Of a stretch of 64,000 bases of DNA, positions 17,541 through 32,910 are shown one piece after another. The stretch is taken from positions 256,001 to 320,000 of the forward strand of contig CM000152.2 of NCBI GenBank assembly GCA_000004695.1. The letters are read 5' to 3'. Origin of the DNA: Dictyostelium discoideum. Taxonomy: Eukaryota. The position numbers were made by a program, and so were the translations under genes. Position 1 is the stretch's first letter, and each line of letters begins with the position of its first letter. The notes beneath the pieces were generated by a model. The model did no database searches and was not told the origin of the DNA. It saw only the letters and a list, made by a program, of their open reading frames with translations.

Positions 17541-19022
17541 TTAAATACTATAAGTAGTAGAATGAGTTGAACCACCTCTACCAGTCCAATTTACATGAAC
17601 TGGAGCACCTTTTGGATCATCAAGTAACTGGAAGGTATGAGCACCAAAGTAATCTCTTTGAGCTTGAACGAGATTGGCAGAGAGTTTAGCACAACGATAA
17701 CTGTCATAGTAGGAGAGGGCAGAGGTGAAAGCTGGAGTTGGGATACCGTGGAGTACTGAAATTGAGGCAACTTGTCTCCAACCATCTTGAGCGGCAGCTA
17801 ATTTATCTCTGAACCAACAATCGGTTAAAAGATTGTCAAGTTGTGGATTCTTATCAAAGGCTCCCTTGATTTCACCGAGGAAAGTTGAACGAATGATACA
17901 ACCACCTCTCCATAAGAGGGCGATATTACCATAGTTGAGGTTCCATTTATATTCTTTGGCGGCAGCTTTCATCATGGTGAAACCTTGAGCGTATGAAACC
18001 AATTTTGAAGCGAATAAAGCTTGTCTAACGGCTTCGATAACTTGTTCTTTGTCACCTGTGAATTTCTTGTTGGCTTCGTTTGGATTTGGACCAGCGAGAA
18101 TGGTTGAAGCTTTAACTCTTTCCTCTTTGAAAGAAGATACACATCTGGCGAAAACACTTTCGGCAACCAAAGTTAATGGGATACCGACATCTAAAGCATT
18201 GATAGCAGTCCATTTACCAGTACCTTTTTGACCGGCAGAATCTAAAATTGTATCGACAACGTAGGTGTTTGGATCCTTTTCACATTTCTTTGCGAAAATA
18301 TCGGCAGTGATTTCGATTAAATAGCTGTCAAGATCACCAGTGTTCCATTTGGCAAAAGTTTTTTGTAATTCATCATTGCTGAGACCGAGGTAATGTTTGA
18401 GGATGAAATAGGCTTCACTGATCAATTGCATATCACCATATTCGATACCATTGTGTACCATCTTGACGTAATGACCAGCACCACCATCACCAACCCAATC
18501 ACAACATGGTTGATCACCTGGTTGAACTTTGGCAGAGATTGCTTGGAAGATTGGTTTAACATGTTCCCATGCCTTTGGGTTACCACCTGGCATGATTGAT
18601 GGACCGAGGAGAGCACCTTCTTCACCACCAGAAACACCGGTACCAATGAAAAGGATACCCTTGGCATCTAAATCCTTTGTACGACGATCTGAATCGGTAT
18701 ATAATGAATTACCACCATCAATGATGATATCACCCTTTTCTAATAATGGTAATAAGAGTTGAATGAAATGATCAACGACTTCACCAGCTTTAACCATCAA
18801 CATAACTCTACGTGGGGTTTTTAATGATTGAACTAAAGTTTCTAATGAGTGACAACCAATGAATTTCTTTCCTTTACCTCTACCTTGAACAAATTCGTCA
18901 ACTTTGGATGTAGTTCTATTATAGACTGAACATGTGAATCCACGACTTTCCATATTTAATACTAAATTTTCACCCATAACGGCTAAACCAATTAAACCAA
19001 TATCACCTTTTGCTTCTGTCAT
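17541..19022 (-). CDS. gnd: 6-phosphogluconate dehydrogenase, decarboxylating (pentose phosphate pathway)
   Basis: Single 493-codon ORF. It has the N-terminal Rossmann motif IGLIGLAVMGENLVLN and the conserved 6PGDH segments ...GGNSLYTDSDRR...HYVKMVHNGIEYGDMQLISEAY.... Confidence 0.95.
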   Translation of the reverse strand: MTEAKGDIGLIGLAVMGENLVLNMESRGFTCSVYNRTTSKVDEFVQGRGKGKKFIGCHSLETLVQSLKTPRRVMLMVKAGEVVDHFIQLLLPLLEKGDIIIDGGNSLYTDSDRRTKDLDAKGILFIGTGVSGGEEGALLGPSIMPGGNPKAWEHVKPIFQAISAKVQPGDQPCCDWVGDGGAGHYVKMVHNGIEYGDMQLISEAYFILKHYLGLSNDELQKTFAKWNTGDLDSYLIEITADIFAKKCEKDPNTYVVDTILDSAGQKGTGKWTAINALDVGIPLTLVAESVFARCVSSFKEERVKASTILAGPNPNEANKKFTGDKEQVIEAVRQALFASKLVSYAQGFTMMKAAAKEYKWNLNYGNIALLWRGGCIIRSTFLGEIKGAFDKNPQLDNLLTDCWFRDKLAAAQDGWRQVASISVLHGIPTPAFTSALSYYDSYRCAKLSANLVQAQRDYFGAHTFQLLDDPKGAPVHVNWTGRGGSTHSTTYSI

Positions 19023-19850
19023 TTTTATTTATTTATTTATTTTTATTTTTTTTATTTTATTTTTATTTATTTTTATTATTATAAATGTATATTTGTATAT
19101 AACCAAATAATATTAATACACACCAAGAGAATGAAAATATTAAAAAAATTAAAAAAAAAAAAAATTAAAATTTTTTATTTTTTTTATTTTTTTTTTTTTT
19201 TTGAAGAACACCCCAATTTAATTAAAAAAAAAAAAAATAAATAAAATAAAAAAAAATAAATTCCGATCAAAAATTTGTTTCGGGAATATTTCGGCCAACC
19301 TGTCATGGTTTTTTTTCATATTCATGAATATTAATAAAAAAAAAAACTAAAAAAAAATTTATTATTTTGTGTATGGGAATTGTCAATTCTGGTATTATAA
19401 TCTATTTTGAATGCGTCCTGTTCTTCATATTAATTAAAAAAAGATAATAAAAAAAAAAAAAAAAAAAAAAAAAATTCAAAAAAATTCAAAAAAAAATAGT
19501 AATAAAAAAAAAAGAAACACTATCTAAAAGTTCAAACTCCAAATTAAAATTAAACCACACAGCATATAATTTTATATGTGAAAAATAATAAATTGTTTTT
19601 GGTAAAAAAAATAAAAAAAAATAAAATTAAAGCCATCATTGAAATAAAAAAAAAAAAAAAAAAAAAATAAAGAAACTTTCAAAATGAATGGAATTGGACC
19701 AATAATTTTAATAATATAATCAAAAAAAAATAAAATAAAATAAAAATAAAAATAAAAGTGAACTTCAAAATTCTATAAATAAAAAATAGTTAATTTTGGA
19801 TTTTTTTTTTTTTTTATTTTTTTTTTAAAATTATTTCCACTTTTGAATTG

Positions 19851-19896
<46 letters not shown>

Positions 19897-20715
19897 AAAT
19901 AAAGGGTTTTAAAAAAATATCGAAATATAAAAAGAAAAAAAAAAAAAAATAAATAAATAATAATAAAAGATTTGTTAAAAAAAATTTTTTTTTTTAATTT
20001 TTTTAAATTTTTTTTTTTTTTTTAATTTTTTTTTATTTTTTTTTTTATTTTTTTTTTTTTAATTTTTATTTTTTTTTTTGAATCAACTATCTATGACATA
20101 CAATAATATACAACACCAATAATATTACTATTATAAAAAATTTATTATTTATATAGTATTTGTTTTATTATTTGTTTTTTAATATCACTTTCACTTACCA
20201 TTTTTAGACTTTTTTTTTGTGTGTTTGTTTTCAACTTAAAAAAAAAACCACCAAAGTTTCAGACCTTGCTATTTATTTTTAAATATATTATTCTAAACAC
20301 AAAAAAAATAAAATAAAAATAAAAATTAAAATTAAAATAAAAATAAAAATAAAATAATATATTAGTACTCTTTTTTTTTTTTTTTTTTAAATAAAATATA
20401 TTTTTTTAATAGTTATAAAATAATTATAATTATAATAGTTAGTTAAACAATTAAATTTTCAAATCTAGATTGTATTTTTTGTGTGGGATTCAAAAAAAAA
20501 ATAAAAAAAAATAAAATAATAATAATAAAAAAAAAAAAAAAAAAATTAATTTTTTTTTTTTTTCTCTTCCATATTTATTAATACTACACACATGTACCAT
20601 ATATAAAATAAAATTTCTTATCATTAGAAACTTTAAAATTCAATATCATACTTCTTTTCTATTAAATTTTTCTTTTTTTTTTTTTTTTTTTCAAAAATAA
20701 AATAACAACATACAT

Positions 20716-20760
20716 AAACACACACACACACATACATACATACATACATACATAGATCAA
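20716..20760. repeat. (CA)n/(CATA)n compound microsatellite about 50 nt upstream of the Amt transporter ATG
   Basis: Sequence is aacatacataaacacacacacacacatacatacatacatacatag. Confidence 0.8.
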
Positions 20761-20801
20761 ACACATACACATAAATAATTATATTGTATATATAAATTTA
20801 A

Positions 20802-22197
<1,396 letters not shown>

Positions 22198-22390
22198 ACG
22201 AAAAAAAAAAAAAAAAAACTAACAAAAAAAAAAAAACAAAAAAAAAAAAACAAAAACCCATTTATATATATATTTTGTGTAAAATTGATAAATACTAAAC
22301 TATTTATTATATGTTTTTTTTTATAGAAAAAAAAAAAAAAAAAATTTAGTTAATTATTATAATTATAATAATAATAATATCAATTAAAGC

Positions 22391-22421
<31 letters not shown>

Positions 22422-22741
22422 TATGAAGATATTTTCAAATCTATTTTTGTTTTTTTTTTTTTCTAAAAATAAATTAAAAAAAAATAATAAACATTATGCT
22501 CAAATTAACATTTATAAACCATTTCAGATCTGTTTTTTTTTTTTTTTTTTTTTTTTGAAAATTTTTTAATTTTTTTTTTTTTTTTTTAATTGATTTTCAT
22601 TGTTTGGTTTTAAATATCTTATCATTTTTATTATTATTATTATTTTTTTTTTTTTTTAAAAACATAAAAAAGGAGATTAAATAATTTTTTTTTTTTAAAA
22701 TTAGTTGAAATCAAAGAAAAAAAAAAGAAAAAAAAATAAAG

Positions 22742-23896
22742 ATGTTCAAATTTACTGAAGATGAGGATATTTTTTTTTCAAAATATTATGTAGATGGACA
22801 ATGTATTAAAGAATTAAGTAATACACAAATTATTGGACAAATTAAGAAAAGAGACCCTTTATTTGCAGGTACAAAATTAAATAAAATACCATTATTAGAT
22901 ACATTAGTTGAATTACTTGATAAAGAGAAACAAAAAATGAAAACACCAACAAAAAATAATGGTACAAATGGTCAAACACCATCTAAAAAGAGAAGTAATC
23001 AATCTACAGTTAATGAAACAAGTTTTCAAGGTTCCAATAAAAAACGTAATACCAGAGAAAATTCATATGATAATCATCAAGTTGAAGAAGAAGCAGAGCA
23101 AGAAGATGTTGAGGAAGAAGATAGTTTTAAATTACCAAAAGAAATTGATCAATTAGGTATCAAAGAATTGGAATCAATTTTAAGAACTAAAAGATTAAAA
23201 CAAGAATTAGATTTTAAAAATAAAGAAATTAATTCATTAGAAAATAAAGTTAGAGAGCTTGAAAAAATTGCTGCAAAAAGTCCAGCAAAAGTAGGAACTC
23301 CATTAAAATCCACCCCACAAAGAGCACCAAATTCCAATGATACACCACCACCAAGATCAAATTCCTCACAAACCACCGAAACATTGATTGTAAAACCTGA
23401 AGATTTAAATAGTACTTTCGCATTGAAAATATATAATAAAGTTAGCAAAGGTTTCAATTTTCACAAGGTTGCACATAAATTAGCAAGTGATTACCATATG
23501 GATGCCGAAACCATTGCAAAGATTCAAAAGGAGTTTACTAAATTCATGGTTCTAAAGGTGTTAGATAATGACTATGATGTTAAATTGCCATCAAAGTTAG
23601 CACCACCACCATTGATTCACAAATTTTGGAAAACTCTTTGCTTGGATTCCTTTGGTTATTGTCAATTCCTTAAGGTTTTGGGTGTAAATGTTCATCATAA
23701 ATACGACGAAAATGAAGATAGATTAGATTATATTAGAACTAGAGATTTGTATAGAGATTATTTCCCAAATTCAGTCTCTGAATTAGATCATAAGAATATT
23801 ATGGAAAATGGTAGTTGTTGGCCATGGGATTACTTGGTACCAACTCCACCACAATCACCACACTCAAAACCCTCAACTCCTTCAAAAAGAAAATAA
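22742..23896 (+). CDS. Hypothetical protein (384 aa) with central coiled-coil/basic region; no recognisable domain
   Basis: Single ORF with ATG start and ordinary, not extreme, composition. A KR-rich central linker with a heptad-like segment (LESILRTKRLKQELDFKNKEINSLENKVRELEKI). The C-terminal third is Cys/Trp-containing and globular. Confidence 0.55.
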   Translation: MFKFTEDEDIFFSKYYVDGQCIKELSNTQIIGQIKKRDPLFAGTKLNKIPLLDTLVELLDKEKQKMKTPTKNNGTNGQTPSKKRSNQSTVNETSFQGSNKKRNTRENSYDNHQVEEEAEQEDVEEEDSFKLPKEIDQLGIKELESILRTKRLKQELDFKNKEINSLENKVRELEKIAAKSPAKVGTPLKSTPQRAPNSNDTPPPRSNSSQTTETLIVKPEDLNSTFALKIYNKVSKGFNFHKVAHKLASDYHMDAETIAKIQKEFTKFMVLKVLDNDYDVKLPSKLAPPPLIHKFWKTLCLDSFGYCQFLKVLGVNVHHKYDENEDRLDYIRTRDLYRDYFPNSVSELDHKNIMENGSCWPWDYLVPTPPQSPHSKPSTPSKRK

Positions 23897-23946
23897 TCTT
23901 ATCAATTAATTTCAAACATTCTCCGTTGAACTAAAAATAGATATTT

Positions 23947-23982
<36 letters not shown>

Positions 23983-24165
23983 AATAAGTCTTACAACTTT
24001 TAAAAAAAATGAAATGGTTTTTTTTTTTTTTTTTTTGATTTTGTTTTATCTATAATTTTATACATTTAAATGTATAAAAAAAAGTTTTTGTCTATAATTA
24101 ATAAATTTAAAACAAGTTTTTTTTTTTTTTTTCTATAATTTTGATTGGTTTTTTTTTATTTTAAT

Positions 24166-26713
<2,548 letters not shown>

Positions 26714-27109
26714 TTTTTTTTAATTGACAAAAAAAAAAAGCACAAGGCGCGCTGTTAAATTGAAAAAGTAATTTAAAAAATTTAAATGAAAGAAAAAAAA
26801 AAAAAAAAATAAAAAATAAATAAATGAAAAATTCAAAAAAAAAAAAAAAAAAAAAAAAATTTAAAAAAAGTAAAAAAAATTATTAAAAAATAAAAATTAT
26901 ATTAAATAAGGTAATATAATATAATTAATTTAAATTATTTAAATTATTTTTTTAAAATTATAAATTGATTTCTTTAATTATCAAATTATTTTTTTTTTTT
27001 ATAAAAAAAAAAAAAAGAAAAAAAAAAAAAAAAGAAAATTTATTTTTTTATTTTTCATTTTCAATTTTTGTAAAAACATATCATTTTATTATTTGTATAA
27101 AAATACTTT

Positions 27110-27160
<51 letters not shown>

Positions 27161-27163
<3 letters not shown>

Positions 27164-27844
27164 TCAATTAATTTAGATAATGAAGAATTAAAAAATGAAG
27201 ATTTAGTTGCAAATATGAGAAAAGATTATAGAATGGGAGAATTAAAAGAAGAAGGATTATTAGAATCACCATTTAAAATGTTTGATATGTGGTTAACTCA
27301 AGAGATTGAATTGAAAAATGAAGGAGCAGAACCAAATGCATTCACATTAGCAACATGTTCAATAGAAAGAAAACCATCAGCAAGAGTTGTATTATTAAAA
27401 CATTTTGATCATCAAGGATTTGTATTCTATACAAACTACAATAGTAGAAAGAGTAAAGAGTTATCAGAGAATCCATTTGCGTCAATGACATTCCTTTGGA
27501 CACAAAAACAAGTTAGAATTGAGGGTAGTGTTGAAAAAGTCGATCGTTTAGAGAGTGAAAAATATTTTAAATCACGTCCACGTAGTTCACAAATTGGTGC
27601 ATGGGTATCAGAATTTCAATCATCAGAAGTAACCAAACAACATTTAGAAGAGAAAACAATTGAAATGGAGAATAAATTCAAAGATCAAGAAGTACCTTTA
27701 CCACCATTTTGGGGTGGTTGGAGAATTAAACCTTATGCTTTTGAATTTTGGCAAGGTAAAAGTGGTAGAATTCATGATAGATTTAAATACGTTCCAACTG
27801 ATTCAAATAATGATAATTGGATTACAAAGAGATTATCTCCATAA
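27161..27844 (+). CDS. pnpo: Pyridoxamine 5'-phosphate oxidase (PNPO/PdxH family, FMN-dependent)
   Basis: Single 227-codon ORF. PNPOx motifs: ...ATCSIERKPSARVVLLKHFDHQGFVFYTNYNSRKSKEL...MTFLWTQKQVRIEGSVEKV...YFKSRPRSSQIGAWVSEQS..., with the C-terminal dimerisation segment WGGWRIKPYAFEFWQG. Confidence 0.92.
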
Positions 27845-27983
27845 AAAAAATATATTAAAATATACAATTTAACATTTAATCTTTATATTATTATTTGTTA
27901 ATTTTAATTTTTATTTTATTTGTTAATTTTTTTTTTTTATTATTATTATTTATTATTATTATTATTTATTATTATATTTCTTC

Positions 27984-30396
27984 CTAAGGTATATTATTGA
28001 ACATACCCTTTGATTCACTACATTGACTTCCATCATTTGAAACTTTAATGTTAACATTTGAAGGTTGATTTGGTGCATTTGGTGGTACCTGACAAATGAT
28101 AGTACCTTGTTCATAAAAAGTGGCAGTTACACTAGTTGAACCAAAATAAACTTTTAGATCACCTGTATTTGAAAAGTTTGAACCTAGAATTACAACTCTT
28201 GTACGAGCTTTTGCTGATGCTGGAATAATTTCGCTAACAGTTGGTGGAAATGGTACTATAATAATAATAATAATAATAAATAAATAATAAATGATAATTA
28301 GTATATATGCATATTTTTAAACTATTTTAAAATAAAAAAAAAAAAAATTTACCATCTTGTTTATCAATTAAATAAATTGTATGAGAGAATACTTCAATTG
28401 GATCAGAAAGTACAGTTGCTTCAGGAAAAGTTTGAGATTCATTTGATATATATTTTTTTAAAACAAATTTTAATCTAAAAAGTGTTCTTAATTGTTGAGT
28501 AGTTGATAAAATTTTTAATTTTTTGAAAGGAGCGAAACCACCAGTGATACGTGATGTCTTTGTACCATCGATATAATTGACCAATTCAGTTTGATTATCA
28601 TTTCTTAATAGGGTTACTTCGACATAGAAATTTGAGAAATTCTCTGTATCTACACCAGGTCCACAAATCATAACTTGTGGGAAAGGTTTTAAAATTCTTT
28701 GATAAACAGTTTTTGGTGGTGGTTGTCTTGCAATCTTTAAATAAAAACAATCTGATGGATTATTATTATTATTATTATTATTTGGTGTTATCGCTAATTG
28801 ACGTTGTGGTGTTTGAGTTGGTTGTGATGATGATTTTGATACAGGTGTTGTTAAATTTGGTGTTGATGGTACTGACATAATTGGTGATAGTGGTTCTTTA
28901 TAATTATTTATAAATGGTGAAGATGGAGCGGATGAATTTTCAAAATTATTATTATTACTTTGTACAGGTGAGGTTGGTATTTCTACAGATATATTATTTA
29001 TATTATTATTATTATTATTATTATTTATACTATTTATATTACTATTATTATTATTATTATTATTCCCATTATATATTGGCATTGGTAATGAAATATTATT
29101 ACTACTATTATTATTACTATTATTATCATTTAATTTATTTTGCGGTATTATTGTATTATTTAAAATGTTATTATTTTTATTATTATTATTTTCATTTGTA
29201 AATGTTACACTTGTTGCTAAAATTCTTTTTAAATCTAAAACTGTTGAAGAATCTAATTGAAGTAATGCTAATAGGACAGCTAATAATTTTTTAGATAAAT
29301 TTGAAAACCAATGATGAAATAAGTAAAGATCAGATAGAGGTAACGAGATGATACCAGCAACGAAATGAATGATATCGATTGGTATTGAAGAATCTAAAGA
29401 CATGATTTTTTGAATGTGTAAATAGGTGTTTGAGAGGGACTGATCACCACCCAATGACTGATTGAAAATTCGTAACCTATCAAATGAGGCCAATCTAAAA
29501 TATTCTTGAACATTTAGAAAGAAATTGAATTGAAACTGTGGTGAACCTGGTGGAATGATATTATTGGTTAAATGAAACAATTGCAAATAGCTTATCTTGC
29601 ATAGTAAGTTTGCCAATTCTTTGAAATCCATAAACAACTTGAATGCATGGTTATTCGGATCCTGTAAATAGGTGCTATGATTGGCGATACTCAACAATGG
29701 TATCATCTGTGGCATATCGCTAAACATCTTACTTAACAATGGGAATCGCAATTCCTCGGTCAAATGAGGTTGTAACACCTTACAGAGGAAGAATAAATGT
29801 TGAATGGATTCATGTGCTAATGTCTCCAAATTGCTCAACAACTCGGTCAATTCAGTATTAATATCACCTGTTATAAATGTTTGTTCCATTTGTTGGATTT
29901 GTTGTTGTAATCTTTGAATTTCATTTTGTTCTTGTTGTAACTTTTGTTGTTGTTGTTGCTGTTGTAATAGTAATTCATTTTGTTGTTGCTGTTGTTGTGC
30001 TGCTATTGCTGCTTGTTGTTGAGCTTGTTGTTGTTGTTGAGTTTGTAATAACTGTTGTAATTGTGCTGCTTGTTGTTGTTGTAAAAGTTCAGCTTGTTGT
30101 GTTGCTTGTTGTTGTTGTAATAATTGTTGAGCTTGAATTAATAATTGTTGATGATGTTGTGTTGATGGTTGTGGTTGTGGTGGTAGTTGTTGATGATGAT
30201 GGTGGTGATGATGATGATTGTTTTGTTGTTGTTCAAGTTCAAGTTGATGTGAAAATTCACTAAATGAAGTTAAATTATATCTATTATTTACATTACTAAC
30301 ACTATTATTTAATCCGTATTGATTTGCAAACCCTGTTAAATCAATAGATTGTGATAATCTAAAGCTATCAAATGAGAAATTGTCTGAATTTGACAT
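27984..30396 (-). CDS. Gln-rich putative transcription regulator with a C-terminal beta-sandwich DNA-binding-like region followed by an IPT/TIG domain; 2 exons (28353-30396, 27984-28255)
   Basis: ORF 28327-30396 contains very long Q/A runs (QQQAAQLQQLLQTQQQQQAQQQ...) and a block YLKIARQPPPKTVYQRILKPFPQVMICGPGVDTENFSNFYVEVTLLRNDNQTELVNYIDGTKTSRITGGFAPFKKLKILSTTQQLRTLFRLKF.... It ends in a GTAAAT donor (...IDKQD|G). The downstream exon, after a 97-nt intron, encodes VPFPPTVSEIIPASAKARTRVVILGSNFSNTGDLKVYFGSTSVTATFYEQGTIICQVPPNAPNQPSNVNIKVSNDGSQCSESKGMF. That is a textbook IPT/TIG domain (P.I..I.P..G...GGT.V.I.G.NF......V.FG...............I.C..P). Confidence 0.7.
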
Positions 30397-30964
30397 TTAT
30401 TTATTTTATTATTTTATTCTATTTTATTTATTCCCTACTTATTTTTATTATTTTTATTATTATTTATTTATTTTTTTAATTATAATTTTTTTTTATTGTT
30501 TTATTAGTATAAAACAAATAAAAAAAAAAAATAAAAAAAAAAAACTTCAAATAATTTTTTTTTTTTAAAAAATTATTTTTTACTTTTTAATTAAATTTAG
30601 TTATTTAGATTTTTTTTTTTCTTTGGTTGACGGATGAGGGGATAGTGTAAAATAATATGAAAAAAAAATTTGAAAAATTTTAAAAAAAAAAAATAAAAAA
30701 AAATTGGAAAAAAAAAAAAAAAAAAAATTCAAAAAAAAAAATAAAATAAAATAAAATAAAAAAAAAAAAAATTCAACCGTTGTGATTTTGAAGTTTGTAT
30801 GAGCGATTAAGGGTTCATATAAAAAGTGTTTAAAAAATAAAATAAAATAAAATAAAAATAAATAAAAAAAATAAATAAAGATATAATCGGTGTGAAATTT
30901 TTTTTTTTTTTTTTTTTTTAAATGGTTTTATTTAAAAATGATACTAAAAAACACTTTCTCTGTG

Positions 30965-30995
<31 letters not shown>

Positions 30996-31041
30996 GTAAA
31001 TAGATTTGAAATTGATATTTTTTGTGATTGGCAGGAAATTT

Positions 31042-31076
<35 letters not shown>

Positions 31077-31422
31077 ATTTACTAATTGTTTAAATTCTTT
31101 ATAAAACAACCCATTTTTTTCATTTCGGTTGGTTAAAAAAAAAAAAAAAAAAAAAAATAAATAAATTATAAAAAAAAAAAAAAAAATATCTTTAACAAAT
31201 CGAGAAATTTTTATACTAATTTATTTCTTTTATTGTTATTATGTTTTTTTTTATTTGTATTTTGCTTAAACTTTTTATTTTTATTTTATTTTATTTTTTT
31301 TTTTTTTTCATTTTTTTTTTTTTTTTTTTTTTTTTGTTTTTGATTACAACTTTTTCGGTATAAATTTATTTTTATTTTTATTATTATTTATTTAATTTAA
31401 TTTATTTTTAATTTATTTTATT

Positions 31423-32337
31423 TTATTCAGAAAAATAACTACCTTTCCAACCAACTTGAATGCCTTGTTGTTGAGCATCAATATAGATGAAAGAATCTTT
31501 ATCTAAACCAAAAGATTCAAATGCTTTTTCAGCATTTAACATATAGGAATGAGCACTATTACTAATATCGATTTTTTCATTTTCAGTTAAATTTCTAACA
31601 AATTTAGCTGGTTTACCAACCCAAAGTTCACCAGATTTAATACGAGAACCTTTGGTTAAGATTGAATTTGAACCTAAAATTGAGTTTGCTTCAACGTATG
31701 ATTCTGGTTCCAAAATTGAACCCATTCCAATCAAACAATTCTCTTCGACAGTACATGCTTCAAGTATACAACTGTGACCAATTGTTACTTGATCACCAAT
31801 GATTGTGCTGCCATTGTGGTCCAATGATATTGGCTCATTGGCTTCTCTAATGATTGTACCATCTTGAACATTTGTAAATGCACCAATATGAATGTAATTA
31901 ACGTCTGCTCTAATAACACAGTTATCCCAAACTGATGATCCTACACCTAAATTAACATTACCAATAATTGATGCTGATGGTGCTACAAATTCCCCACCTT
32001 CTCTTGGATATAAACCTGTAATTGCTGGTGTTGTAATTGAATTCTTATCAAAAAATGGTACAAATGTTTTATGTTTATTATCTAATTATTTTTTAAATAA
32101 TATTTATATATATTAATAATTATCAATTCAATTACAAAAAAAAGAAAAAAAAAAAAAATACATACATAAATCGAAATATTTTGATGATGTATTTGGTGAG
32201 TCTTCAACTTTTTCAATTGGATCTGTGTTATATGGTAAATTATTATTTCTATTTTCAAAGTATGAGCAATATTGTCTTTTACCAATATTATTGGCTAATT
32301 GTTTTGTGATATTTAATTTAGTTAATTGCTTTATCAT
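31423..32337 (-). CDS. Gamma-type carbonic anhydrase-like protein (left-handed beta-helix, hexapeptide-repeat; mitochondrial complex-I-associated gamma-CA family), 2 exons (~32166-32337, 31423 to ~32081)
   Basis: Exon 2 encodes ...GEFVAPSASIIGNVNLGVGSSVWDNCVIRADVNYIHIGAFTNVQDGTIIR...TIIGDQVTIGHSCILEACTVEENCLIGMGSILEPESYVEANSILGSNSILTKGSRIKSGELWVGKPAKFVRNLTENE, which aligns with plant and amoebozoan gamma-CA. Exon 1 (ATG at ~32337) encodes MIKQLTKLNITKQLANNIGKRQYCSYFENR..., a presequence-like peptide, then a GTATGT donor. The ORF-track start at 32364 is a TTG. Confidence 0.85.
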
Positions 32338-32614
32338 TATTATTTTTATTGTGATGCGCTTCAAGTGAGAGCTTTGAAAAAAAAAAAAAAAAAGAAAAAA
32401 AATAAAAAAAAAAAAAGCAAAAAAAAAAAAAAAAATTGAGTTTTTTTTTTTTATTTTTTTTTTATTTTTTTTTTTTATTGATAAATTTGCGACATTCTTT
32501 TTTATTATTTTCCATTAAATAATTTAATTTTATTTATTTTTAAAACGAATTTAGTATAAAAAAAAATAAAATAAAATAAGTAGACCACTCTAAAATACAC
32601 AAAATGATATAAGG

Positions 32615-32645
<31 letters not shown>

Positions 32646-32910
32646 TAAATTTAATTCATTTATTTTTTGATTTAAAATTTTTTATTAAAATATTTGCAAT
32701 TTTGTAGTAAAAAAAAAAAAAAAAATAGTATAAAAATTAAAAAATAATAAAAAAAAGAATAAAAAAATAATAAAAATAGTTATTTTTTTATTCTTTTTTT
32801 TATTATTTTTTAATTTTTATACTATTTTTTTTTTTTTTACTACAACATTGGTGAAAAGTAATTTTACGAGGCGCTGGTGAGTTGGTCGCCTTTTTTTTTT
32901 ATTTATTTTT

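Noticed and set aside
28677-30263. Plus-strand ORFs 28677-28880, 28914-29201, 29877-30263 (polyY, polyV)
   Set aside because: They are antisense to the Q/N-rich minus-strand transcription-factor-like gene. Their homopolymer products have no start or stop context.
32128-32364. ORF-track start of the gamma-CA first exon at 32364 (MKRITIKII...)
   Set aside because: The codon at 32362-32364 is TTG. The track labels alternative starts as M, which is also seen at 868 (GTG), 1067 (TTG), 10401 (GTG), 40931 (TTG) and 44196 (TTG). The first real ATG is at ~32337 (MIKQLTK...).
32858-32900. Hairpin plus T-run read as a rho-independent terminator
   Set aside because: The organism is eukaryotic, so bacterial intrinsic termination does not apply. 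It is kept only as a possible 3'UTR stem-loop (see findings).
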